From: Dipteris shenzhenensis
Taxonomy: Eukaryota
DNA: 64,000 nt
Assembly: GCA_047967505.1 (NCBI GenBank)
Contig: CM106538.1
Reading direction: 5' to 3' (one strand)
How positions within the stretch are numbered: position 1 is the stretch's first letter; each line of letters starts with the position of its first letter. Under the pieces are notes generated by a model. That model was not told where the DNA came from, searched no databases, and saw only the letters and a list, made by a program, of their open reading frames with translations. Positions 50,700-64,000 of this stretch are shown here, piece after piece. A program made the translations under genes and the position numbers.

Positions 50700-53000
50700 T
50701 TGAAATTGTTATGAAACCGAAAGATCTTGTAGAGTAATCTCAAATTTGATAATGAAGGCATGCACAAAGTACAATACTAAACGTGTGCTTGCATGATTAC
50801 GATTTGAAATTTCAAAGCACATAGATATTATTCTCCATATGCTAGCTAGATATGCTATTTGGTACATTCTAACAGCCTTAAAAAGCATCGCATGTTAATG
50901 TGCTTACAACCATAAGGCACATTACATGACTTCCAAGTCTGCAATAAAGCATTCCTTTAGTGATTGCAATGTCTAATGCAAATGACCATGCCCACTTTGA
51001 GATACCTTAAAGGACAAAATAACCTTGAATTTAGAACTTATAACTAGACCTAAAATCGCATTGCTTGTACTTATAACTAGAATAGATTTGAAGCCATGTT
51101 CAACTCCATAGTATGAAAACGAAATAGTTAACAGATACTTGTTCATTCCTCTATCAAGTTAGCATCTTGGTCATACATGCTAACATCTTGGTAAATTCTA
51201 AGTCTTTCTAGGAAGGCTGCAATCTCCTTGCAATATGAAAGCAAAAGCTTGTTTCTTCATGTAAGTTGGCAATATGCTGCACACCAAAGTAGTAGTGCAT
51301 ACATCAATACAACATGGCCTCCCTTGAACCTCAAACCAAAGGCCAATAAAATTGCAAAATAAAAGCAAGTAGATACCACACTAGTCATCATCAAGATCAT
51401 CCAAGGCCCATGAGTTCGAGGTCCTCTCCATCTAATGCACTTCCAACATCTTGTGTAGGCATGTCACCCTCATGAGGGCGTAGCATCACCTCAACAAACC
51501 AAGAACAAAACCAACCATCTTTGTATCATTCTCCATGCCCAATATTCTTTGTCCACGTGAAATGCATGCATCCAATGTTGCACCAACCCACCATCAAGTC
51601 TAGCACAAGGGTTGATGGTGGTGTCATCACCTCTACCAAAGTTGTCATGAAGTAGGGAATCTTTTATGCTCCACGTATCAACCAAACTTGTTACTATCAA
51701 TAGCACCATAAAAAATATGAATATAGTTTTGACAAGAATCAATTACCATGGCATGGCATTCCATCATCATAAAACTACCTATATTCCATAGGAAAGGAGT
51801 GTCTAATGCAATCATGTGTTAACTCCATGAATGGATGCCCATCACGATCGGATGGTCATGTATATGATGCATGATTGAAAATGGTGTATAACTCTTGAGA
51901 TGATAAATAGACATCTAAATCATATGCACCAAGTTTAAAAAATTATGACAATCTTGTCAGCAAAATGAAATGACCTTGAATAGTTTATGAAAATCTTATC
52001 AGCAAAATGAAATGACTAGCACTCAAAACATTACTTAGAAAATAGAAAACATTAGTTCATTACCTCCTTGCCAAGCATGGCCTCTGGTAGAAATCCTATA
52101 GGCTCATTGCAATAAATGTATACATGCATGACTAGCTCAAGGACCTTTGTTGCTACATGAACCTAGTTGTGCAACATCTCTAGGTGGCCACTATCAGTTT
52201 AGCCACAATGAAGGCATCATCCAAAAGCTTGGGTGGAATCCTATTCCATATTGGTATGGAGATGTCAAATCCTAGCACTTGCAAGCCAATAGACAAGTCC
52301 AAGGTAACAAGGTCCAACCCCATGCTCTTGGCTCTTTTCTCACTTATCCGTTTGCAATGTTTGTTGAATTGAAGTATTCAACATGCATAGTCTTGTTCTA
52401 CAAATCTCTGCACATGTCCATATACAATTCTAACATTTTCCATCAAATTCGTAAAATAAGGTTTGGCAATGGATTGTAATCATGTTAGAAAAACCATGTA
52501 GTTCGAGTTAGATAATTATTATATTTTTTTGAAGAAACATATACCATCTCTTGAAAAACAATTGTAACCCATGCAATGAGGCTTACCAAACATTATTCCT
52601 TTTTATGACTCATTGCCCATGCCCTTTTCCTTTTGATTCCTTGGTGAATTTCTCCATATCCTCTGTTACAGTATGCCTCACGTACATCTCTTTCTCATTT
52701 GTGGGATAATTGTCCTGTCTCATAATCTAGCCACCATGGATAGTTTCAATCTCCCATTTGGAGAGGCCATGTAATCTATCAAGACTTGTACATGAACCAA
52801 ACATTTGATGTCATGCCCATATCTCCCACAGATAGAGAATTTCAAAAAATTTAGCACACTCCTCCTCATGGTGTATGTCCTCTTCCATTCAAGAGTTGTA
52901 TCAATAGATGTTCTATGAACTAGTAAACATGTAAGTTGGAATCAACATAGATGTAGACATTGTTTGGTTTTTTAAGTGATGCAATCAAGCAAAGAAAGAT
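50700..53000 (-). mobile_element. Possible very degenerate hAT-like DNA transposon remnant
   Basis: Only weak minus-strand fragments resembling hAT motifs (FHTN..IP near 52230-52260; CII..DRDGHPF near 51830-51875). No TIRs identified. Confidence 0.25.
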
Positions 53001-55329
53001 AGATTCAAATTTGCTTTGGATTTTAATGTCTCACCAGGGTCTCACCCTCCTTTGGACATCTAATATGTAAGGTCATCTGGGCTAGCTTTTGTGCATTGTT
53101 TGATAAGGTTTTTATGCAGTTGTCTAATTGATTGTGGGGCAATGTGCTTGAATTGGCCTTCACGTAGATCTCCTACCACAAAGCTTCAAGCAGGTCCTTG
53201 CTTCTCTTCACAAATTAGCTAGTCTAAGAGAAATCCTTTTTTGTTTCATGGTTCACTTTCTTTATTTAAAATAAGATATCACATGGTGTGATCAAATATG
53301 GATGTAGTGCTGTTATTAAGTGAGCTCTTGATTGGCATCAATTAACATGCCCTCAAGATAGGAGTTGCAAAATGCCCAATGTGCAACAACATGGCTTGTG
53401 TCTAACCTCTCCTAGGGGAGCAATTGACATACAGGAAATAGAACCTCAGTAATAGAATGTTTCATGAGGCACGAACGTGGATGAAGCACAACAAAGAAAC
53501 ATATAGGACAATGACACCAATGATGGACAAAAAGTTTGCACATCATATGGGGCTTTTCAAACAACCACCTTTCCTCTAAGTTAAAATGACAACTTTCCTA
53601 TTTTTGTAGTGCATGTATCATGGAGATTATGAGACGTGTGAGGACTTGCAACTATGAAATAATGGGAGCTATGTCATATTATGCCTTTAGATGGAGTTTG
53701 TGTCAAAGAGACGAACAATGTACGACAATTTGGGGAGGGACTCAATGACCTCATTGATGAATTAGAGGAGGAGGGTAACTTCAAAGTTCAATGTCCGTGA
53801 CCAAATGCTACTTTCCACAAGTTTGCACTACCCTATAATCAGATTCTTGCAATATGTACACGTAATAGACAAATATCTTGCTGCATGAATATATTTACAA
53901 CAATCATGCATATGCCACTAATATTTATATTCAATACTTGAACTCGTCTTTGAATTGAAATTTTGCTAGACTTGAAGAAGGAAGTCGCAATAGCTAATTT
54001 TTGTGGATTAACACTAAAAACAATGTATTGTTTTTATCTTTCATTCTACACCGAAAGTTTCAAATTTATACAAATATAAAGAGAATCTATAAGGTTTTGT
54101 TTGCAAGAAATCGGGAATCATAAAAATAAAATACTATCAAATGGTAATCTTCAACTTCCCTACCAAGAGATACGCATCATTCAATGAATACCCTTCAAGT
54201 CCTTTCAACATAACCTTCATCATCACGAAGATAAGCCTTTACAGGTGAATGAGAAAGATGACCCCTACTTTAGGTTACAATGTACCAAACCCAAACATAA
54301 TATGGAGGAAACATTTCAAGATCATTAGGACCAACCTACGAGAATTGAAAAATAATTGTTGAGATATTTGGTACTAAAAGACATCCATGGAAGGCCACAA
54401 ATATAGGCTATTAGATAAGAGTCCACATATGTTTGTTTGCTCTCATCTAGTTAGAGCTATTAAGTTTCAAATGCAAGTTCTAAAGGGTCTTCAAAATGGA
54501 TATAGACTCTCACATGCACATCATGGGGTATCAGTATCGAGTAAATGACCAGAAACCATCAAGCTAGGTGCATTAAAGCATAAATCTACTAGCTTTTACA
54601 ACTAAGAAACTATCTTCTTGTCAACACATTACAAGACTAACAGTAATAAATTTATGGTTAGTCTTGGCATGTACAAAACATTACATGTGGACTCGATTGA
54701 TCCATTAATGTGCTATCATGCATATTTTTTGAGCCAATGGTGCTACAACAAGTTCGTAATAAATGGCATATACATTGGTGGATAGTACTAAGCTTGTACT
54801 ATATTTGGCAAAGTATGTGCTTATATTAAACTTTTAAAATGTATATAATGCATTTTCATAATTACAGCAGGTCTAGAGAGCCTATAAAACACCATGAAAA
54901 TGGTTCTCTAGAAATCCTTCTTGAGTTTTGCACCTTCTTCATTATTATGGTGGATATGTAAAGGAAAGAAGGGTGTTTGGTAGGCGAATTTAGACAAAAT
55001 TATGAGTAAATGAGAAAAGTAAAAAGTAAAAATAACTTAGTAAGCAAAGCTATGCTTATGTTCTCATTAGTACCCATAAGCTGACATTCGGTTTTTTGCA
55101 AAATTCTGGAAGGTAACGTGCAAAATTCAAAGCATTTTAGTTATCGTTTTGCTTAAAGCTCGCAAAATTTGAATAAGAAGCTTTAAAATTTTCAACTTTC
55201 AAGGGTTTTGTATTGTTAAGAAAGACATTTTGTGTAAACAATGAGGAAAGCCACACCTAAGGAAAGTCTTACAAATTGGGTGGATGAAGGTAAGCATATA
55301 TAAGGCCTCTTCCCACAACCAATTAAGGC

Positions 55330-57170
55330 TCTTTGTTTTTTTAAAAGAAACATGCAAGCTTTCATTGGAAGGGGGACCAGACCCTAAAAAATGACATAGT
55401 ACAAAAATTGACCTACATATGGGGCAAAATCCCTAGGCCTACGCTTATAGCAAGTCAAAACTAAAGACAAACCCTAGCATAGAGAAAGACTGAACTAACT
55501 TCCACTTCAAGCCTATGTAAAACTTTGACATCAAACCAGCCAACCTCATAGCAACCCATACACTTCTAGACACTCAGCATCGTAGCATCAAATGCTACAC
55601 ATACTCAACCACCTTGCCACATAGAGGGCACAGAGAATTCACTTGCATCTGCCTAGCTAGCTTAGCCTAGACTGGCAGCCATTGGTGGGTTAGCTTCCAC
55701 AGCAAAAAATTAAGCTTCCTTGTACAACAATCCCGCCATATATTCCTTGAATCTTTTGCGTCACCATCCTGGAGTTCTTCTCTGTCCCCATTTTTTGTTG
55801 AGATCTTGTGAAGGAGGACTCTCCCCTAGCAAAGACTTGTATAGTGTTCTCGCTGAGATCTTTCTCAATTGGGTCTTCCCCACATACCACTGAGACATCT
55901 TAGCATGGATCGCCTCCACATAGTTGGTGGGCCATCCTTTCGAGATCATCCTTAAGATCTGGTGCACAAATGTTGTCTCCCAAACATTCAAAGATTATTA
56001 ACAACTAATATCTCTTGACTTGTTCAAATTCCCTGTGTGTGGATTCCATATTTAAGACCAATAGATCAAAACCTTGTGAGTACACTGCAAATTCAAATGG
56101 GCAATAGACTTCACTTCCAAGGTTAGGGCCTTACTCCACTAGATGCACTCGCATAGGCCTGCATCAACCATTAAGCCTCCTAACCCTTTCCAATGGCATT
56201 TTCCAGTCACCAATATCCATGCAAAGACCATCCCTACCAACAAGTTCGACCCCTTATGTCTCACTAAGAAGTCAGAAAACAGTTTCTCATACCACCTGAG
56301 TCCAACCTAGGAACCCACCTTAAGGCATTTCCCATTTTCCAAAAACCAGTGGGCTCTTTTCACCCATGGCATAGATCTACCACACAATTTGGGATCCAGT
56401 TCCCAATTAAAGCGACATTCCTCATGACAATATCTGGCATCCCAATTCCTCCTTGCTGCTTGGAAGCCTTTAGAGCCCAACCAAATGACCTAAAATGTTT
56501 CTCAAAATTTTGCCGATGAGATTGGTGAAAATTACAAACCATAGCCACGAATGTTGTGGTGGCTACCAAAACATGCTTCACTATAAGGGCCCTTGCATTC
56601 CACCCTAACTCTAGCCCATGCCACCCCCTTAGTTTCATCTTGATGCTATCCTTAAACCAATTGAACCTTGTTTTATTGTCAATCCAAGACCTACTATGGC
56701 CCCAGGTATCTTACCTCTTCCCCTATGTGTATCCACTACAACAATGGCATAGATTCATCCCACTTAGGCATTTGATCCGATCATGATCTCAATGCAAATG
56801 ATTTCTACCAAGCTACAAACCCAAAGCATGGCAATAAATTTGCATGACTTCCCTTAGAGCCTCCAAACACTGACGTGATTCCTTGGAAAATGTCATTAGA
56901 TTGTTAGCAAACATTTGGGAGCTAATTTGCTTACATGATGGTAGAGAGACCCCTTGCCCTTACTGCATCTTTCAAGAATTGCAATAGAGGCATAGAGCGA
57001 ATGACAAATCCAAGGGGGCTACGGGACGATCTTGCTTGATCGACCAAGTCAAATTAAAACACTTTACTATTCCCCCATTGAGGCATAAGGCAACTAAGGC
57101 ATTTCCAAATAACATTGAGACCATCCTAATGTTGCTCACCAAAACCCAACCTCTCCATGATGATTAGGAT
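55330..57170 (-). mobile_element. Degenerate L1-type LINE RT/C-terminal remnant
   Basis: SIKQDRPVAP (QGCPLAP-like), QMFANN (YADD position), KLRGWHGLELGWNARALIVKHVL, SKQQGGIGMPDI. T-run at ~55336-55342. Confidence 0.7.
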
Positions 57171-57739
57171 GAAAGCCCAATGGATTGGTTCACACATGCA
57201 TGCACTATGTTTGCTTACCACGCTTAAGCCTATGTCTTTCATCGAAACACGACCCGAGGTCCTAAGCTACACTTATACTACAAATGACAACACTGATATA
57301 TCTTTATGTGACAAAAAGCCTCGGAACCCTGTATACTGAGAATACCCTGCTCTTCCTGTGGAAGCTGTGGGAAAGAGCCAACATTTGGTGCCACTATTTG
57401 GGAAACTAGCATCTCAAGTAAAGAGTAAACATATGCAAGTATGTGTAAAAAATGAACTACTATGAACTTTCAGGAACATAACACTCAAGGGCAAGGAGAG
57501 TAAATTTTTTTTCCCAACTCTAGCGAAACATATCAACCCCAAGCATCAACCTTGGGTTACTACCTTAAGAAATTTTCTTTGTTTCTTAAAAATAAGCCAC
57601 TTGAAGAACAAATCAGCTAGGTAATGGACACTAATGTGTAGAGATTGCAATTTCAAACATTTTACCTTTTTACAGAAGGGCAATCCGAGCTAACCATGAA
57701 AAGTTATGGCCCAGGAAATGTTTAGGGTTTATTCCTAAC

Positions 57740-58560
57740 CCTACACCCATTCCTATAAAAACCCACTCCACCCCCTCATTCTTCTTCTTCCACATCTAGC
57801 CTCCATCCTCTTCCCCATTTTGAGCCCTACACAAGACCCTCCTTCCTCTCCATCAACCACCATTCTACTCCCATCCTCACATGGTGAGTTATTTCGAGCC
57901 CTTCTTGCAATGATAACCTAGCCATCCACCCAGCGTCCATTTGCCCTCAATAATCGTGTAACATCGGGAAAGACTTGGATAGTGTTGCAGGTGACCATCT
58001 CCTCCTCCCTTTCAATTTTCGTCAAAGTTTTTAGTCCGTCAAGTTTCCACCCCCTGCCCCCCCTTCCACCTACATCCCCTCTCCACCCTTCCTCTCCCTC
58101 CACCACCTCCTCCTCCACCACCACCACCCCCTTTCCCCCCCTCCTCCACCACCACCACCACCACTACCTTTCCCCCCCTCCTCCACCACTTTGTCCGTCG
58201 AACTCCATTCTCTCTCCAACCCCCACTCTCCTGTCTTCCCCCTCTCAATTTTCCATCCCTTTCCCCCTCTTTTTCGTCTTTCTCTTCCTTCAATTCTGTC
58301 ATTTTATGATTTTCGTCATTATTTTTAGAATTTCGTCAGGTTGTCATTTTTAGCACCTCCCTCTTTCTTCCACCCTCTCATACTCTTTTTTCATTAACCC
58401 CTTTTTCCTTTCTGTCCTCCCCTGCCCTTTCTTCATCCTCTCTTTCAATTTACCCCTTTACTTTTCCGTTAACCTCTCATTTCCACTCCCTGCTCCCCTC
58501 AAATTTGTCACCCCCATACTCAATTTCTCCCTTCCCTTTACTATGTGCCCCCTCTTCGAG
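57740..58560. repeat. Pyrimidine (C/T)-rich low-complexity tract with CCA/CCT repeats
   Basis: Strong strand-asymmetric C/T richness, with (CCA)n at ~58100-58165. Confidence 0.7.
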
Positions 58561-59892
58561 TCGAGATTGCTTGTCAAATTCCTTCGGAGGCTCAATCCAT
58601 TACTTTCTCCCATCGATCCCATGGATCTGCTTGCAATATGTTATGAGGGTAGTTGGCAAAACCATTGCTTGTAATACCTTATAAGGGCCGTTGCTTTCAC
58701 AGGCAAAATGTTATCTCTCATTGTATGCTCCACTTTGAAGTCATTCGTGATCAGCCCACTTGCAAACATGCTGATTTTCAGGTCCTTTGGTCGTTTTTGC
58801 TACTGAGAAATGGGTCGTCAATGATTTTCTTTGAAACCATAGCATTGCAAATAAATGGGTCGTGAATGATTTTCTTTCAACACACACGTCCCCATGTTCC
58901 TATTCTACACTCCTTGGTTTTGTGCAACCTTGACTTGTAGAGTTTCGTCACTAACAAGCTACAGCTCAACGTAGCAAATAGTTACCCATCGTTGAATCGA
59001 ATGATGTTAACGCATTATGGCAGGAACAGCTTTCTTACTCCTGGTTTGCCATGCGACGTGAAAAGATTTTAAGTTTTTTTTCTATTTTGTCCAAGTTTGA
59101 GAAGAGTCACTCCTTCTTCCTTAGTACTAGAGTCTACAGCTTCTTCATTAGCTCCGCACTAGCAGCCACCCTGATGATTTATTTACTAACAACAAGCATA
59201 ACGTACAACATCATACTCTCTCTTGTTTTCTTTCTACTATCACAAAGGAATTGAATTTTTGGTGTCATGTATTACTTCCATTAAAGTGTTGTAGAATCCT
59301 TTCCTGCTTGAAGCTTTGTAGCATGGCGCACGCTACCTTCTTATGTGTGGAAAGTGCAATCATGGAATTGTGAGGAAAACACATCATCTAACAAGTTGAA
59401 ATGAAGCTCTTGAAAGTGTTTGGTTGGTTTGGATCCAATCTGCACAGCTTTGGCTCTTTGGACATAGGAATTTTGTTACAATCTGCACAGCTTGAGTTTG
59501 GGAGTAGCGCTTCATGATCAACTCTTATAGCCCCAGCAAAGTGTTGCTTTATCAAAGCGCTACCTCCATTGCCAATTTGCTCAAAGAGTTGTGTTTTTGT
59601 GTGCCACCTTCCGTCAAAAGATCACCTAGTTAGTTGTTGCTACCCAAGCTCATTCCTTGTTCGTTTGAAATGTTGAGATAGTGTTGTTGTTTATCGTTTA
59701 CAAAGTTAACCTACTTGCTTGTCATAGAAGTCTGTCTCTCTTCTGATCTTTGACTTGTAGAGGTACCTACACTCATTGCTTCTTGGCTTGAGTATTTTTC
59801 TTGAAAACCACTGCTCTACACATCGGAGAACACACACAATGACCCAAAACACATATACACACCAAAACATACGTTGATGAATCGACGAAGGT

Positions 59893-59894
<2 letters not shown>

Positions 59895-59954
<60 letters not shown>
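59895..59954. repeat. (GA)30 microsatellite
   Basis: Read directly. Confidence 0.95.
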
Positions 59955-59957
<3 letters not shown>

Positions 59958-60647
59958 ACACGTGGAGGATGAGGACTTACCCAAACTTAGAAGCTTTTGA
60001 CCATAGTTAGTGTAACTTAACTAGGATTAAGAGTAATCTTAGATTAGTTCAAACTAATAGTAGGTTAGTCTAACTGCATCAAACTCACCAAGGTAAACTA
60101 ATCTAACCTATGTCGGGTTAATTTTCTTGAGATTAGGGAATTCACAAAGAGTCTTAAAACTAAAGTCCTTTCACACCCACTTAAGGACAAAATTATCTTC
60201 ATTTTCACCTTAATTTTGATGAATCATAAATCGATTGATTGACCTCCAAATTGAACCCAAATTTCACATAATGTAACACCACATTACGGGGCATTTTTCC
60301 AATCCATTGTACACCATTTTAGCACCCCTAGCACTCGTTAATTTGCACCCCCATGTGGGCCTCTTTTTGCACTAATTCACTCATAAATTTCTACCGTGAC
60401 CTCCGATTAACGATCCATCTACAGGCACATTTCCCTACACACGTGGGACAATCCTAGGCACATTATTAACATGATGGTCCCTACAACATGAACACATCTC
60501 TAACCCCCCTAACACAACTACATCAACACCCGCACTTGCGGTAGAGACACCCGTTCCACCTCTCGCCAAATCTGCATGCAGCTACGCTCTGGCTAACGCA
60601 TCCGACAACTACGCTCACCAAATCTACATACAACTCCACTGTGACCA

Positions 60648-63600
60648 ATGCCTCCGACAACCCTCTACCTTGATCCCCCCCTTGAAATTCAAGAAATCCC
60701 TTTGACGACTCCACGACACAACATGGTCGGGCACCGTTGTGATGATGGGGATCTTGAACTCGAAGCGGAGGGGAACAATTTCTTTAACAATCGCAACAAT
60801 TGTGGCAACAATAATAACAATCAAGACAGGCGCCCCCTAGGCAAACTCAAACTTCCCAAATATAATGGTAGGGGCGATCCAACCCGATTCCTCCAGCATT
60901 TTGATGTCGCATGCCGAGCGGGTGGAGATCAATCCAATGAAACCAAGGTCGCCTGGTTCCCCATGGCCTTAACTGATGAAGCCTCAGAATGGTACCTAGA
61001 CCTCTTAGGGGAAGAAAGAGTCACATGGGACCTGTTGCAAATTGAATTCAAGAGGTGCTTTCAAACGGAGAGAATACAAGATGATCCCGATCTCCAACTA
61101 AGCAAGCTCGAACAAGGTCACCGAGAAGAACCTCTTGAGGAGTTGGACATTCCCTTCTCACCACAACATGGGAGTCGTCACCAACTTTTACCATCACATT
61201 CGCAAATGCAGATACCTCAGAAGAAATGCCTATTCTGGAGGTTAGAATTGAGGAATTGCCCCACGAGATGCTCCAGCTCGACACACAATTGTAATCAATA
61301 TATCTCTCCAATAACAACGACAACCAGAGCTTGAGGCTACATCGGCACTAGAGCTTGAGGCTACATCAACACCAGAGCTTGAGGCTACATCAGCACTAGC
61401 ACCGCCGCCCACCAACGACATGCGAGTCCATGATCCACAAGGAGAGCTAAGTGCCAGATCAACAATATGACTACTATACCCAAGTGACTGAAATACCATT
61501 GGAACAACCCCTAACAAGTACTACAGAATCATCAGGATGGCCACCAATTGTATCAGCAGTATCTCCAATCCTCATCACCGTCTGTCATTATCCATCATCA
61601 AGCTAGCCAAATGCTCCAAATGTTAGAACTATTCACTAGCTTGGCCAAGGAGAAACATGCACGCGAATTGGAAAGGCAGATAGCAGTAGCAATTGAAGGC
61701 CAATTTCAAGGAATTGCCATAGAGGTTAGGGCACCTCGGGCGCAAATACATGAGAAAGAGATTGAAGAAGTGTGCATGAACCAAGCTCTCCAAGCTCAAG
61801 AGAAGGCAGTGAGGGATGTGACCTCCAACCTCCAACAAAGCCAAATACAGCTGACAGTAGTAGTATAAGCTACGACAATCCTATAGACCTCCTATGACTA
61901 CTTGACCTCTGCACATGCTCAGCAGATGGAGGCACTGGCACAAGCTTGACTCACTCTAATCCACAAAGAGGAAGAGCTCCAAGATTGCTAAGAAAAGCTT
62001 GAAGACATGCAATAGTCTTTGGCAATACGCACATTCATTCAACATTGAAGAGCTTACAAGGGACTGTCAAATCTTAAAGAACCAACTTGCTACCGCTAAA
62101 GAGGCCAACACTTCTCAAGCACAAGTCTTGGACCAATGGTCCAATACCACTGAAGTCATTCCTCAACCAACGCAGGTTACCTTGCAAATGAAAAAGCTTA
62201 AGGAGGCATATACATCCATCTACCATAAATATAAAGAAAAAATGGATGAGATGCAATCCCAAAAGATAGTCATCTCCAAGCTTGAACTCCAATTGCTAAT
62301 GCACAACAATGAGGCAATGGAAGACAACACCAATGAAGTCCCACTACAATGCACAACAGTGGTGTACCAAGAGCTTGTGGTCGCTCTACAAGCGAAAGAT
62401 CACCTCAAAGCACGAGTGCTTATCCAATGGAAGCAACTCCAAATTAGGATCATATCTGCTCATCCAACAATCAAATGGGAATGTTCCATAGGGACCAAAA
62501 CTCTGCGCATAATTTGCCAAGACTTGTCTGAAGATGAGGAAAATATCTTTTGCCTGTCTACATATGCCAAGTTTATAGCACTCAAGATGGATGCTTTCAT
62601 CGCATATGTATGCCTCATGGGTAGTCCTCCCCTCAAGGTTATTGCTGGTTTGTTGCCATTGCTACAAAGTCCATCACTATTATTTGCAAGGCATGACATA
62701 ACTGACATCCCACCCTTGCAACTGATGATCCCATCGCACCAGCAAAAAGAAGTGTCTGAAGATCATAGGGCCTATCTCACATCCAACTTCCCATATCTAA
62801 CCACTCTCTATGCCAACCTCATAACCTCACTTACCCTTGCTGCTAGCACCCTCTTAACCTTCCCTGAGCTCTAGCGTAACATCTCATCCCTTCATCGTCT
62901 CTTTGCTCATGCCTCTCACCACTTTCAACTAACCCAACAATCACAAACTTATGAGCCCCTCACACCTAGCTTCTTCCCTTCCCTTGCTAAACTTACCCTC
63001 AAGGATTACCAAGCTACTCAAACCATTTGCCCAGTTCTTCCCCCCCCCCCCCTCTGATTCCCCTTCAACAACTAACACTCTTTCATATTTCTCCCCCATG
63101 TCCCTAGATTCTCTCCTTGCCTCGTCATCACCTCCGACACTACTTGTACTGCCATCAGAAGAAAATGATCTAGTATTTGATTTTGAATATTAGGATTTAA
63201 AAAATCCAATTTGCACTCCCATGCCAAATTCCAATGATGGGTATGATTTTGATGTGATACCACTTCCCAATAACCCCATCAAGGATTTTTGGAGCAAATA
63301 TCCTCATATGAAAACTCGAGGTGGATGGACCCTAGACAACTTCCCTACCAACCTTCGTTAGCATCAAGTTAGTGAAGATTGGGTAAGCAAGTTGGATCCC
63401 CAACTTGATTAGCGCCGCGTCCCAAGCTCTTTGATGTAATCTTCTTGAAAGAGTACTTGTGTGCACCTCCATGTCTCAGAACCCATCCCAAGTTCTATGC
63501 AGTTCCATGACGTCACAAATGGGAAGCCAACATACACACTTTGGGTGGAGATCACACCATTAATTGGCCAATGATAGAGCCATACTCTGGTGTAGAATGG

Positions 63601-64000
63601 AATATCCAAGGCACACTGATCTGAGCACTTTAACAGCATGAGCAAATAATGCGTGGCAACATTGACCGCATCCTTTGCCAAAGTGCTATCTTCTACAAAA
63701 CAATAAAATACATTTTGGAGGTCCCCAGCCACATTGACCTCCATTTGCCTCCACTCAGTTTTAATCCCAATGAACAGATCAATGCTCAGATTACAAGCCG
63801 ACTCTATTAAAGAGTCATCTTCTTAGAAGCACGCCACATATCTCTGCTCAAACAAATGGTGGATACTGGCTACCTAGAAATAGAGCAAAAATTGTATGGT
63901 ACTAAGGCTTTATAGCAGGATCGGCTAGCACGACACAAGTTCCACAGCCACTAGATTACACGCATGGCATCCCAACTCCGTGATCGCAATAAGCCATAAC
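60648..64000 (+). mobile_element. Gypsy-derived, pol-less element: gag N-terminus joined to the extra coiled-coil ORF; runs off the window
   Basis: Retrotransposon gag KLKLPKYNGRGDPTRFLQHF..KVAWFPMALTDEASEWY (60830-61120). Segment 61128-62111 is homologous to the reverse complement of 26541-27498. Coiled-coil ORF at 61999-62874. Confidence 0.8.
61324..61395 (+). repeat. 24-bp in-frame tandem repeat x3 (PELEATSA-like)
   Basis: C(C/T)AGAGCTTGAGGCTACATC(G/A)(G/A)CA units. A diverged 24-bp periodicity (CCTCAGGCT) lies at the homologous site ~27241-27298. Confidence 0.85.

Noticed and set aside
57918-58353. Pro/His/Gly-rich ORFs resembling extensin or glycine-rich proteins
   Set aside because: Products of a C/T low-complexity tract, with no splice or homology support.
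59706-59984. ORFs with SLSLSL runs (also 21907-22089)
   Set aside because: Translations of GA/CT microsatellites.

Overview
Repeat-rich, intron-containing land-plant genomic DNA; a seed-free plant such as a fern or lycophyte is inferred from the TE families, not proven. Most of the window is nested, degenerate retroelements: L1-type LINEs, Ty1/copia and Ty3/gypsy fragments. Two spliced minus-strand host genes are present. (1) At 20120->~14438, nine GT-AG exons with compatible phases (~1,540-1,550 aa) encode an N-terminal cold-shock-like OB domain, a ZNFX1-type SF1 (UPF1-like) RNA helicase, NF-X1-type zinc fingers, a short coiled coil and a C-terminal PARP-type ADP-ribosyltransferase domain. 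I could not find the last part of that domain; the gene runs into a nest of LTR and LINE insertions. This RNA-sensor/PARP fusion is the main candidate for an undescribed system. (2) At 49287->43789 is an uncharacterised multi-exon gene with a transit-peptide-like N-terminus, hydrophobic segments and a C-terminal coiled coil. All calls come from manual reading, with no database searches.
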